Shown piece after piece: positions 23,930 through 36,672 of a stretch of 43,484 bases of DNA. The translations under genes and the position numbers were made by a program. The notes beneath the pieces are model-generated. The model saw nothing but the letters and a program-made list of their open reading frames with translations. It searched no databases and was not told where the DNA came from. Source of the stretch: Diploschistes diacapsis. Its lineage: Eukaryota. Location: contig JALAIB010000035.1 of assembly GCA_023645945.1 (NCBI GenBank), positions 1 through 43,484 of the forward strand, given 5' to 3'. The stretch's first letter is position 1, and every line of letters begins with the position of its first letter.

Positions 23930-25381
23930 CTCATTGATAGAATAGAATGTAGACAAATCACTCTTTGACCAAAGACACAATGAGATTCAAAGCTGTGACA
24001 AGTCGCCGGCTTTCTGATATCGGGAGAGGGAACGGATGCAGGCGGATCCTGACTAAAGTACGTGCTGTCTCATGCAAGGCCAATGCAGGAAGGGCATCAA
24101 GGCGAGATAAGGCGTACGGTTGGCCAAGCAGATTGTATGAAGGATCGGAAACAAGCGTGGTGAATGGAATATACTCCTTGGGGGGGGGGAGGTTTGCAAA
24201 ACGAAGCAGTGAATGGAAGCATTCTACCGCGCCGCGCGATTTCAGTACCGCACGGCATTACTGCACATGTTGTGGGTTGACAGCGCTCTACTTACGATAG
24301 CGAGCAAAGATCGAGCATCGGCAACCAGGTCCAGGTTGACACAGGCTAGGGCTGAAGGTTTGCTGGCTGCTCTGGCGATGGACTTCAGTTATGGGGCAAT
24401 CGTTCCACGAAAGCAATCGTTGGTCTAAGGGACAGCTGCCTTGCAACTGGAGTGCCAATTAGTTGTTGCGAACACAACGCCGTGCAAATTTTTCTTGCTG
24501 AGAGCATGGTTTTAGTCTGCCTGCAGAATCGGTTAACTGCATTAGCAGGGAAAGCGATGACTGGAAGGATGGGTGCTTGGGTGTAGCATCCGGGCCTGCG
24601 CCTGGTTGGTATGACAGAAACTCTTCTAGAAAAATGCTTGGACATCCTGTTGAGGCGAGTATTTGCACGGGGAAAAAACACATCACCACAAGCTCATGGA
24701 TGCTTCTGTATTCCACCCACCCCACAGTACAAAAATGGTGCGCAGATTCAGTGGATTCGTCAAGAAATGATGGGTTTTGGGAATGCAAAAGCTCGTCTGG
24801 TGTTCCGATTTGAGATAAAGGTACTTAGGGCCTGCTTATGCACGGAAGTGCGGCTCGATAACGTATCAAGTATCTGCTGTGTAAGCCAAGTGAACCAAGG
24901 TGAAACGATTTGACGGGCTCAGAAACTTCCTCAATTGGCAAGCTATGGATGGCACGGACACGGCTCTGGACGTGGTGGACTTTGACTTCGCTGTCTGTCG
25001 TTCTTGTTCCACCAGCTCCCGGATCGTTGCTGGGAACGAGCACGAGCTATGGATTGGACCGTCCAGGTGGAGGTAAGGAAGGTCTGTACGGCCAAGCCAC
25101 ATGGACACCGGATATGCCTGTTTACTTTACGATACACTCATGGAACCTAAACCGCACGACCCAATCGGCACACGTGGCAGGTTTTAGACTCTGGGAGCCC
25201 TTGTGAACCGTGGCTGCTGCACTGTCATACCAGGAATCCACAACGTCGAATGAGAACCCGTGTATCCGCTGGAAGCGGCCCGTAACATCCTTAGTCTGCA
25301 GAGTACCGATGGCCGCAAGAGGCATTCCAAAGCATGAAACGGTCGACCGGTGCGGCGGTGGCTGACGCTGATAGAGCACGC

Positions 25382-27149
25382 TCATTTTCTATAATAGACC
25401 TTGGCACAAGTCAGATCAAATTCGGTGCTAGCAACTCGAGGTTACTTACCTTCTTGAACTGGAAGTGCAACTGAAGGATGCCCTGCGGTGCGACGCATTA
25501 GCAAGAACTGAATAACTAACTAAATAACCCTCACTGGGCTGGCTTACTTTGTCAAAGCTACTCCGGAAGCCGCGATCTCTCTTTGCACTATAATCCCACT
25601 CTTTGTCAACGATGCGAAAGGCGACATCTTCATAAGGCGGCCCGCTCATGAATCGTATGAGGCATGTATCTTCTTCCCCAGCCGGCGCGAACGACTGGCC
25701 CTTTTTCCTGCCATGCTCACGTTCGATGCGATACGTCGGCGCTCGTGTGTTATCTATGAGATCTGGATAGAAGACGTTGAACTTATAGCCTTGAACAACC
25801 TTTGGTGGGGGGTTGTCATGATCATAGTGCGTCTGGTTGTATTTATTCCACTCGTAGCCCATTTGAACTCGGTTGAAATATCTGGGCTTCCTTGGTCGAT
25901 ACTTGTTCGCCCACTGAGACTTTGAAGCGGTGGAGACTTCCTCTTCTCCTGCGAATACTTCTTCGTCTTCATCCACGCCTCTGGCAACTTCGCGGTTGTA
26001 CAGTGCGTTGGTTGCTTGAGAAAAGTCTTCCGTGGTTGACGCAGCAAACCTCGCGTTCGACAAACCTTCTTCCTGGGAAGGTTTCAGGGTCTGCGCAACC
26101 AACTGCTTGCCCTGTTTACGCTGGTGCTGCGTAGGAATATAGCTTAGTTTCTCGACCTTAGCACGCGCAGCAGAAGTTCGCGCCAGGAAATCTGCTTCAT
26201 CCAATACTTCCAATTTTTTATCCTCGGCGCTGATTTTGAGCATCGACTCAGGTTCCAAGTCATTCGAGTATTCAACTACGCCTTTCGTGGAGTTCATTTC
26301 ATCAGTCTCGCGGTGTAAGCTGCGGCACATTCGACGAGCCTCCCGAATCTGCTGAGTCGCCACCTGATTGAGCCGAGCTTCAACCACAGCTCTATAGAAA
26401 TCCTTCAGCTGTGCCTTGGACTGGTAAACCTTGATATTGTCTAAAAGTTGCTCCCAGTACTCCTCATCGATTGGTTCGTTGGACTGTAGTTTGGCGTGCA
26501 CCTGTCCTTCGAGCCCACGTAGCTGCTCCAGAGATTTAGGACCGAGAAGCCGATCCACGTCCTCGGATACTGCGTTCATGCCTCTCCCACCAAAATCTGA
26601 AGGTCCAGAAAGTTGCTGCCGTTTCTTGCAGACAGTCTTCAGAGACTGCCAGTAGACGCAGCTTCTGTCGTTACTTTCCAAGACAAGGTAGTAGTCTATC
26701 TCCCTCACTAACTCTGGAAGATCAGCAACGGGGACTTCCTCAATCACGGCTTCTGGATCCTTGACGTCAAGTTCGGCATCGTCATCCTCATCCGCAAGCA
26801 GGTCTTTTTCCTCGTCAGCAATTGTAAGCACTGCAACAAGCCAGTCGATCGGCTTTGCGCGACCATCGCGTACGCGAATCTTTGCTTTCTTCCTCGACTG
26901 CTTCAACACGAATTCATCTTCTTTCGAGACCCATTCTCGCATCTGCGCGTTCTCGTGATCATGATTTCTACGAGCATAGTCTCGAGGGAATGCGGCACGA
27001 CCTTGGCCTTCGATCCCTGCACGACCTCCAGAGAAACCGTGGTCTCTTTGGCCTCTGGAATTATCGTAGCGCTGTCGTGGGCTTTTCGGCTGGCGACGCC
27101 AGGGTGGTGGAGACTGCGATCTTGATCTTTTTAGACCTGACCTTTCCAT
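25382..27149 (-). CDS. Cactin (spliceosome C*/P complex factor, Cay1-like), ~550 aa
   Basis: Exons 27149-25548, 25482-25450, 25399-25382. Cactin_mid motif EDEFVLKQSRKKAKIRV..RAKPID and C-terminal KYRPRKPRYFNRVQMGYEWNKYNQTHYD...GILQLHFQFKK|VYYRK. Confidence 0.95.
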
Positions 27150-27401
27150 TTGTTCAAGTCCTCAGAAGTTGAAGTTGCTGGGCTCCGAGAATCTCTAGGG
27201 AAGGTTGTGTTCGAATTCTAGGCCGGAAAAGTGGTTTATCCTGTCCGACGTCATCCGGCATGGGTTCTGGTTGCTGTGGATTAGAGCTGAGTAGGGTATC
27301 TTTTCTTTCCTTTGTCCTACGTATTCCCAGGCCTGGCATTTTCTAAAAAGAAGCTAAATAATCTGTATTCCAGGCTGCTTTAAGCATTGAACGGAAGTAC
27401 C
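27150..27401. promoter_or_regulatory. Compact divergent (bidirectional) promoter region between cactin and UAP1
   Basis: Only 252 bp separate the head-to-head start codons. A branch-like GCTAAA plus TTCCAG at ~27353-27373 suggests a UAP1 5'-UTR intron. Confidence 0.55.
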
Positions 27402-29108
27402 ATGGCTGAGGCAATCAAGGATACTGTTAACAATCTACTGGAGAAGCTGAATCTTACTTCTTCTAAAGATGAGAGCGTGTCTACGAAGCCGCCCTCTGAT
27501 GAGGAGGTTAAGGAGTTGAAAGAAAAGTATGAGCAGCACGGCCAGGAACATGTGTTTACTTTCTTTGATGAATTGAATGCTTCGGATAAGGCAGCCTTCT
27601 ATCAGCAGCTAAAGGGCTTCAATCCTGAATATATTAATGAGATTGCCGAGAAGGCCCTGCATCCGCCCAAAGAAGAGGAAAGCGAGAGCAAGCTCGAGCC
27701 TTTGCCAGAATCTGCCACAGCCTCTGTGCTAGACTCTGAAGCATCGGATCTGGACTCTTGGTATGATCATGGCTTGGATCTCGTCTCACAGAATAAGGTG
27801 GCTGTGATTCTTATGGCTGGCGGCCAGGGCACTCGTCTCGGAAGCTCTGAGCCCAAAGGATGCTTCAATATTGGTCTCCCAAGCAATAAATCTCTATTCC
27901 AGATCCAGGCCGAGAGGATATGGAAGGTTCAGAAGCTGGCCGAAAAGAAGCATGGCAAAGAAAATGTCGTCGTTCCTTGGTATGTGATGACTAGCGGTCC
28001 AACAAGAGGTCCTACAGAGAAGTTCTTCGAGGAGCACAACTACTTTGGACTATTGAAAAAGAATGTTATGATCTTTGAGCAGGGAGTCCTCCCTTGTATA
28101 TCCATGGACGGCAAGATTCTACTCGAGAGCAAGTCAAGGGTAGGCAGCCTCGTTTTCTTTCTTACTTCTTAACTATCTGGTGTCAACCCAACTGTTGGGG
28201 CCTTACATGCCAGCTGCCCCGATGTCGATATCTCCTAACAATCCAGCCAGGTCGCAGTGGCGCCCGACGGGAACGGCGGCATCTACCAAGCCCTCCTAAC
28301 CTCCTCCGTCCGCACCGACATGCGCAAGCGCAGCATCGAGCACGTCCACGCCTACTGCGTCGACAACTGCCTCGTCAAAGTCGCGGACCCCGCCTTCCTC
28401 GGCTTCGCTGCCTCGAAGCACGTCTCCATCGCCACCAAAGTGGTCCGCAAGCGCAACGCCAAGGAATCCGTCGGCCTCATCCTACTGAAAGACAACAAGC
28501 CCGGCGTGGTCGAGTACTCGGAGATCGACAAGGACACCGCCGAGGCCAAGGACGCGAAACACCCGGATATACTCAAGTTCCGCGCCGCCAATATCGTGAA
28601 CCATTACTATTCCTTTGCGTTTTTGGAGAGCATCGAGGAGTGGGTGCACAAGCTCCCGCACCATGTCGCGAAAAAGAAGATTCCCTACTGCGACATCCAG
28701 AATGGCGAGACCGTCAAGCCGGACAAGCCCAACGGCATCAAGCTTGAGCAGTTCGTCTTTGACGTGTTTCCGCTGCTGGAGCTGGACAAGTTCGCGAGCA
28801 TGGAGGTTCGTCGCGAGGATGAGTTCAGCCCGCTGAAGAATGCCCGCGGTACGGGTGAAGATGACCCGGACACGAGTAAGAGGGATACCATGGTGCAGGG
28901 CGCCAAGTGGGTGCAGGCTGCCGGGGCGAGGGTGGAGAGCGAGGGCTCGGAGCTGGAGATCGAAGTGTCACCGCTTATTAGCTATGTGAGTTTCATTGCG
29001 CATTCATATCTGACGGGCGATTGACTGTGAATACAGGGAGGCGAAGGCTTGGAGTTCTTGAAGGGCAAGACCATTAAGGCTCCAGCCGTCATTGAAAAGG
29101 AGGAGTAG
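27402..29108 (+). CDS. UAP1: UDP-N-acetylglucosamine pyrophosphorylase, ~514 aa
   Basis: Exons 27402-28139, 28251-28985, 29037-29108. Motifs [57 protein letters not shown]. Confidence 0.97.
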
Positions 29109-30237
29109 ACAGACACGGGTTGAAGAACGCGCTTTGGTGCTCCGCCAGTGCTGGATATGCTAAGATAGTTTTCGATTTGAAGTCGCAATGGTTGATATGG
29201 ATAACGATCACGCCCACAGTTCTTTGGCTCCTCTAACCTGAACGGAACTGGAAACGTCACTTACAATCCTCCTCCACCTTCTTTTGACGCTGTATCTTCC
29301 AGGTCCATCATAACACTTCGCCCATAACCACTAATCCATACAGCCGTAAGCCACAAGCCACAGACGGACCGCAGTCACATCCCCATATAGTTAGTTCATG
29401 TTGCCTCCATCCCACAGAATCTACCATACATGCGACAAGTAGCAGCCACAGCCCCTTTATTCCCCCACATCCATCAAACAACCGTCGTCATCATACATCA
29501 TAGGATCTTTGTCGGAGGTTGCCCAACGAGTTCACCATAGCCTTAGCATACCCCGTATATCTTCTATCTTAAAGCACAATATATGTTGTGGATCCACTGA
29601 CCGCGCCCATCACCCCGCCCGCCCCTGTGTCTTTCTATCGAGCCTCTCTCTCTCTCATTCTCTATTTCACAGATGCTCTTGGCCACCACCGATAGCAAAT
29701 AAGATACCGTTGCCATTGTCCCCTCGTCCTCGACGCTTTACCACGTCCTGTCCCGTCCTGTCGCCGACCGTCATACCTTCATGCCCCTAATCTGCCACTT
29801 CCGTAAGCCCAGCCCTTTCTCTGGCGCATCCACCTTCTCGACCCCTTCCTCGGACTTCGCCTCTATCTCTGTCTCTGCTCTGGCCCCTCCGTCCATGCCC
29901 CCCGATGCAATCCATCTTTTGCTTAGCTGCCATTGTAGTATCGCCACTCTGCCTGTCTTTCGCCTGATGGGACTCTCCGCGTATTTTCCAACCGCTGCTC
30001 CGCACGATTCGACTTAAGTTCTCCGATCTGCTTGCTTTTGCGTGCAACGAGAGTAAAAAAGGTGAACAGTCAGCGACATGGATGAATTTAGATTTCTCCG
30101 CATATTCACCGACATCTGCTGGACATGGCACCTCATATGATAGTCTGATCACCGACTCGCAGCAAACACTGTAGCCTGGCTGGTCCTGTCCCCATGTAAA
30201 GTGCGCTCATTTATGAGCTCACTCGTTCCACCACGAT

Positions 30238-31260
30238 ATGCATTTCGTCAACCGAGGCAATGGCATCACCGCTGAGAAATCGTGCAACGGAATGGAAAAA
30301 ATCACTTGTGATCGCCATGCTGTCCACCCTGGCACATGTATACCCAGCATTCCACCCCCCTCAGTGGGGATGTCGTCGTATCCTGACAAAAGCACCGTCG
30401 CATCACTCTCCCTTCCCGCTTCTGCTTCCAACATAGCAGTCGCTGCCACACCCATCCTGCCCCTGCTGAGCATCGTGGCATGATCATCGATATTTTCGCC
30501 TTCTCTGGTTCCGGACACGACCAATGTCTCCTCGAATTGCCCAAGTGAGCATAATGGCCAGGGAGAGTAAACCAAACTCACCCCGCTACGCAAGACCCTT
30601 CTCGAGGGCAATGGTAATGATTGACTTCCCCCACCGGTCCGCCCGCAAGGCCCCACCGTCTCCCTCGCCGATGTCTCCTCCATCCGTCCAGGTACGTGCA
30701 AGGACTGAGAGAAGGAGAAGGCAGACTAAGTGCGGCAGGTTCGACAAGACGGACCCCTCTGGAAGCCATTGACAGCATTGACCACCCGACCGACTCACGA
30801 ATGCTCGGACTTTCACTGGGAAGAATACGTCAACGAACTAACGAACCTCATGGAGCGGATCGAGCAGACTCCTGAGCCGAGACGAATCTCAAGAAGCGCA
30901 TCTGACAAGCCTGCAGTGATCATATCACTGTCAAGAACTCGGGTGCCGCTCATAGCTGATTTCTGACAGAAGAGAAGAAGGGGATTAACGGCAGTCGCAG
31001 ATGATCAGACATGATAAGAAGAAAAATGCGGAAAGAGGCTGCCCCATTGAAGAAGACAAATTGGAAAAAGCGCAGGGAAAGCGGATGGTCCTATCAAGAA
31101 GCAGGTTTCGCGCAACGAGCGCTGCGTCCTAGAAGTCTGCGGCCGTGCTTTTGCGCAGCTTTCCCCTGAGCAGGTTGTCACTCTTCAAAACATGAATATT
31201 GGCGGTGGAAGTTTCCAGAGCTGGACAAGGAAGGTGTCGATATGAGCCACCGGCGATGCA
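30238..31260 (+). pseudogene. Possible decayed protein-coding locus, product unknown
   Basis: A canonical-looking 47-nt intron at 30692-30738 (GTACGT...ACTAAG...CAG) joins ORF 30524 (..SPPSVQ) in frame to VRQDGPLWK..WEEYVNELTNLMERIE. Flanking frames are broken by multiple stops, and no family is recognised. Confidence 0.3.
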
Positions 31261-33420
31261 AGTGCGTCTTCTGCACGCTCCATCATCCTTCTACAACCAG
31301 TATTACTCGATTTGGGGCTCGATCCCCTCAACCCTTGCCATTTTGTCAAGCTCAGGGGTAGGGGTAGGGGTAACGGCGAAAAGCCGTTTCTTTACCTTTA
31401 CTTCATAGTCACCCCCATCAGGCATATTGGCGTATGTCCTGTATGGGGGTGACTAGAGTTGGTCGTATTGACCACATCATCGCCCCTAACACCACATCCA
31501 CGCATGAACAGGTTTTAGGAATACTAGGCGATCAGACGACATAAGCAACAGTGGCAATAATGTCAGACATGGCTTTGCCAGCTCCATCGACCTTGATTTA
31601 TCCGCCCAGACATACTCTGCCACCATAGAACTATAAATCGGTTGCAGCTAGAAGTATTGAGCGGTCGCCGGCTTTGCAGGCCTTGCAAATCAGGTCATCT
31701 CTCAAACCATGCAAACGAGTACTCAACGAATACCAGGGTCAATACGATCCCGAAGCAAGTGGCATCTTGTCCGGAAGGCTTCAAGGCCTGCCGGACCACA
31801 GAGAGCTTTCGGTCAGCTCAAAGAACGGACAGCCTATGATACGTCCAGATAACTCGCCGGAGCAAGCGAAACGTAACACGAAGGCTTGGACCCCAGGGGA
31901 CAGCCAACCGCCGCCACTCTTAGAAGCGAAGCGTGATACCCAGGCATGGACAAGAGCGAAAATCCCATGAAAAGCGATCGCAGCGAACGACTTTCTCGAC
32001 CCGCTCACTTAAGAGATCTTGAAGATTGTCGATATATTTTCCGCAATTGCTGTCAGACAGGAGGGGAGAATTGATTTGACACAATGCCAGGGGGGATATC
32101 CGCATGATGAGGGACATTGAACAGGTCAGCGGCACCACCTCCGCTGTCAAGAAGAACTTTGGGGTCTTTTCGCCAATGTTCAGGGTCCTTGCCAGATGTC
32201 GAATTGGAGACTCCTTTGGAAAACGCCAGGTGGATGTTTCCACATAGCAGTGGGCGCCGACACAGCAACAAATAGCAAGGCTGAGTCTGAGGATTTAACG
32301 CCATTGAATGGAGCATCAAGGGCGTCGACGGAGAGCATGCTATACACTCCGTTCAATGTTCAGACGCGCAGAAAAGCTCAACGACCATCTGTCAACCTAC
32401 TTCAACCTCATGCATCACCATGTGCCCTTTCTACACCCAGAGTCCATTAGGTCTGCTCAAGTGGTTGGCCCCTCACTTCTTGCTGTTCTGTCAATTGTGC
32501 TTCGTACGCAAAATGGTGTAGAAATATTAGCCGCTTAGCTTCAATGAATATTATCTTGCGTGTGGCTGCCAAGACGGGGCAGGTCTAAACCTAATTGGAA
32601 GTAGGTGTGAGCAGCATAAATTTAGCATAATTTAATACACGAGTAAGTACTTAAGCTTTCCAAGCTTTTTCTAGAAGAAGCACCCAGTGGCATACCAAGC
32701 ATTCCAACGCAACTTAGCAGGACGGGTAATTGCGATATTCCGTTGCAATTGCGACCTTTCCCCTGAGCTAAGCCTAGTACAGTAAAGCTCGAAGCAAATC
32801 TCCCGCCCCTGTCAGATATTAGTATATTAGTAGACATTGCCCCAATCAAAGCGTTACAACCTTGGGATAGCTGCAATCACAGCCTGTTAATAGGTCCGCT
32901 GAATGAGCATTTTCCCGGGTTACAACTTACAAAGATAGAGCTTTGAGTAACCAATCAAAAGCCAATCAAAACCGAACACTTCATCTGTCTCTCCTGCTCC
33001 AAGCCTCTCTTCTTTTACCCGTGCAAAGGTTGCCTCTTCCTTCCTTCTTTCTTGTCGTGTGTGTTGGTATAGCATTGGAAAGACCGTCGTTGCTGGAGAT
33101 AGAGTGCTCGTAGCTGCCGTTGATCGACTCTGCTTCCTTACCATCACCCTTTATATTGAGGTCTCGAGGCATTTCATTCTTTTTTGCCAACGCCAACCGC
33201 TCATTTCTACATTCATTACCACGAAGTATCTTTAGATCAAACGGTCACACAACAGCCATACCTCTTGATTCAAACCAACGTCCTATCTCTGCGCCGCTGG
33301 TCCCTTGAATAAGCATCGCGGAAGAATCTCTCACTTTCGCTCTTCCTCACAAGCTCGCCTTCATCACTGTCGCCAACTTCCCTCAACCACCTCAACCATC
33401 CTCTCCCAACACCCACCACA

Positions 33421-33793
33421 ATGACCGCCGTCCCCCGCGACCCGGCCTTCTGGAAGCGCTTCTCCGTGGCCGCGCACATGGCTGAGGACATGGAAGTCCA
33501 GAAAACGGGCTACAGCTCCTCCTCGAGCTCCACCAGACCCTCTCTCAAACACCAGTGCGTCCCAAATCCCTTACCCCCCTCCCTACGCAACGATTTCAAA
33601 AATGCTGACCCGTTTCCTCCCCCGCAGGGACTCCTGGCTCGAGCGCCAACAGCACAAGAACCGCAGAAACAAGGTCGTCCTCTGGGTCTACGGGCTTAGC
33701 GTCGCGGCTCTCGTTGCGGTAATGGTCCTCATCATCGTCTGGGTGTCGCAGCACGGCTTCTTCCTGCACGGGGAGGAGGTTACGTTCCCCTGA
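33421..33793 (+). CDS. Small fungal membrane protein with a C-terminal TM helix, ~99 aa
   Basis: Exons 33421-33554 and 33628-33793 (intron GTGCGT...GCTGAC...CAG). Peptide MTAVPRDPAFWKRFS...Q|DSWLERQQHKNRRNK followed by a hydrophobic VVLWVYGLSVAALVAVMVLIIVWV stretch. Codon usage is GC-biased. Confidence 0.8.
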
Positions 33794-34596
33794 TCACTCA
33801 CGCGTGGGGTGTGTTTCCTTGGAAGCACCAGGGTCATTCGGAGGTGTCATTCACAGGACTGGAATGGACGTTAGCGATTGATTTGGGATTCCATTCGGTC
33901 GACCCTTGAAGCTCGGATGGACGGACGGAACAAAACACGGCCTAACGCTGGGGGCGGACGCAAACATACACGGACGGTTGGCTTGGACCGGGATGGTGGC
34001 TGGCCTGCGAGCCATGGAGCGAGAAGGCTGGGTCCTCTACCTATCACACAAACGCCTAGTACATTTGCCCCGACGAAGAAGTCCGGAGACTTGGCCCGGC
34101 TTGCAACCCAACTCTGTGGATGGGTCTCCGGTAATGCTTTGCTGCGTAGTATGGGCCGGCCAGAGCGTCGAGGCTGGTGGGTAAAAAGGGACTTTTCGTG
34201 TACATAATTCGAATGAAAAGCACCCAACTGACAACTGCAACCATGGCCCGATGTGAAAGAAGCGATGCATGCATTATCGTAGAAGTATTTCTCGAGGCAC
34301 TCTTGATCCCCAGTCTGGAAATTTTTTTATCATCATACAATGCCTATCAGCATATTTTTGAAACACACGTGGCAGGTAGTCTCGCTCCGCGAACTGCAAG
34401 TAGCCGCCTTTTCAGCCGTCCTCGTCGTGCCGTAAGGCCAGTGCGTGCGGCCTTGTTGCCATCGACCTGCTTTGAGCTATTGAGCGGAACAACACCCCGC
34501 AAGCTCTCCTCCTCTGCACGCTTTGCTCTCCGACACTGCACTCGCCTCGCCACCAACATGCTTGCTCCGCGACCGCTGGTATCTGACGCCTAATGC

Positions 34597-35377
34597 CTAA
34601 TGCCTCCTCCTGCCCGCCTCGGGACTCGGACTCCTCGTCAGGCTTCTGTCGTCCCGGCCCCGCATCTTCAGCCACTTCTTCGTCGCCAGCTCCAGCTCCC
34701 GCTCCAGCTCCGCGCTAGGCTCCTTCCTGTGGATGAAATTGCAAAACCCGCCCCGCACGCACCCGTCCCCGCTGTTCAGCCGGCAGCAGGCCTCGCGGAA
34801 ATCCGTGACCGGGGACAGTTCGGCGTAGATGGGCCGCGCCGCGTACCAGCGGCTGTTGAGCTCGTCGCAGGCGGCTTGCGCGCTGTCTTCGTATTTGAAG
34901 CGCGCGTAGACGTTGCCTATTAGGTCTGTCTCGTGGGCGGAGGCAAGGGACATACGTTAGCGGAACTGTCTTGAATTGTATAAGGATGGCCCATGATCTT
35001 GGTGCTAGGGCGCACAGGCCCAAGAGAAAGGGGAGAACAAAGGAGGCAGGAGAAAAGGGCAAAAGGGGAGACCTACGATCGTTGTTGTTGTCGCAAACCA
35101 CCACCTCCTCCACCTCGCCGAACCGGCACATCTCGCACCAAAAGTCCTCGTAAAAGGCATCGAAGTGGTTTTGCAGCTGGCTGGCGTTCATCTTGTTTTT
35201 CGGGTCGTAGGCCGGGTTCTGGTAGAGGTTGGGCAGGAGGATGGTCTGCGAGTACGAGGGCTTGACGTGCTTGCGCGAGCAGCGGTCGCCGTGCCGGCAC
35301 GCGCCGATCTTGTAGTAGAAGGAGCAGTTGACTTTGTCTTGCTCTGTGCCGAAGATGGAGGCGAGATAAGAGGCCAT
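34597..35377 (-). CDS. U2AF1: Splicing factor U2AF small subunit (U2AF35/U2AF23), ~209 aa
   Basis: Exons 35377-35077 and 34925-34597. MASYLASIFGTEQDKVNCSFYYKIGACRHGDRCSRKH (CCCH1), a UHM with VCDNNND|HLIGNVY, then ELSPVTDFREACCR...CVRGGFCNFIH (CCCH2). Confidence 0.98.
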
Positions 35378-36672
35378 GGTGCTTTGTTGTGGCTTTTGAA
35401 ATAGGTAGAATGGTAAGGGTGCCGGGTGGCAAGGCGCGCTGTGGGAGAGGGAAGGAGGGAAAGCAGGAGGGAGGGAGAGGTGTGTTGTCACTTCGTTGGG
35501 CGGATTGAACTTGAGGTCTAGCTGTTGGAGAATATTAAGTTGGATTTCAAGAAGCGCAGCTATGCTTTGCTGTGAAAGCTATCACAGAAGCTTCAAGAAC
35601 TTGGAGAAGCCGCGGCAGAGCACTAACGCGTTTGGGTAAAGTGCTTTCGCTAGCCGCTCGCTTCCACTTCAAGACTTCACTCAAACTGTACAGTATACAG
35701 CGGCACTAAAGTTGTTGGCCAATTGCTCGTCATGCAATTGCACGGGAGTCTTACTCTTTTGTCTGGATTTTGGTGATAGATGCGGTATGGATGAAATATT
35801 GGGTAATTAGACAACGTGATCCATGTGCGGCTTTGACCACAATCGAAACAGAGAAGTGAAATCTTCGGTTCCAATTCACTGTCAGAAAACGTAATGTCTC
35901 TTTCCTGCCACGAAGATCAATGTTTTTGTGCTGCTCGCTGTATGGAAATCTTCTATTTCTTTGTTCTCTGGGATATCTTGGAATCTTGTATTTTGCTTTC
36001 ATGACAGTTTGAAATATCTGTAATCGTTTTCTGCCCTAAGATGGATCTGAACTCTGCATGTTGGTGCAGGAAATATTTTCTTGGCCACAAGACGGACCTC
36101 TCTGGAGCCTAGAAAGGCAGAAGTGATACTAACAAAGGAAGACGGGGTTTAGAAAGTAATGCTTCGATTGTTCCTAGCAATTGAGAAGAGGAGGCGTTCA
36201 AGCTGGAGGGTCACACGATAGTTGTCTAGCTCTACGGGCAATGGAGTCCACCTCCCCCGGTCCGTAGAGACGAACGCGGGGAGAAATATGATTAGAGACA
36301 CTAAGTTCTTTCGAAATGAGGAACATGGTGCAGTTCCTTCAAGACAGACATACTACTGCAGAGCTTTGGCGAGGGGCACTGTCGTGGAAAAATGCGGAAT
36401 CTCATAGCAATTAAGAGAGTATTCACGGGATGATAGTAAGGGCAATTGACCTCTCATCACTGGTGTGTCCTTATACGACAAGCTTCTCGTTTGTGCTGCA
36501 CGCCTTGGGACCCCTTTTGCTCTTCATGTAAGGAGTCTGCTCCTATGTCCGACTCTTCATACCTTTTTTTACTACTTCCCAGGCTTCTGCGGACTCTGCA
36601 TTAATTCTCCGTGACGAATCCCTTGTGCGCACCGTGTTCGCTTTCTCATCGTTTTCCCATCGTTTGCAAGAA

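Noticed and set aside
27260..27295. Upstream MGSGCC... exon giving UAP1 a myristoylation/palmitoylation signal
   Set aside because: Neither candidate donor (27291 or 27296) splices in frame with UAP1 via the 27373 acceptor.
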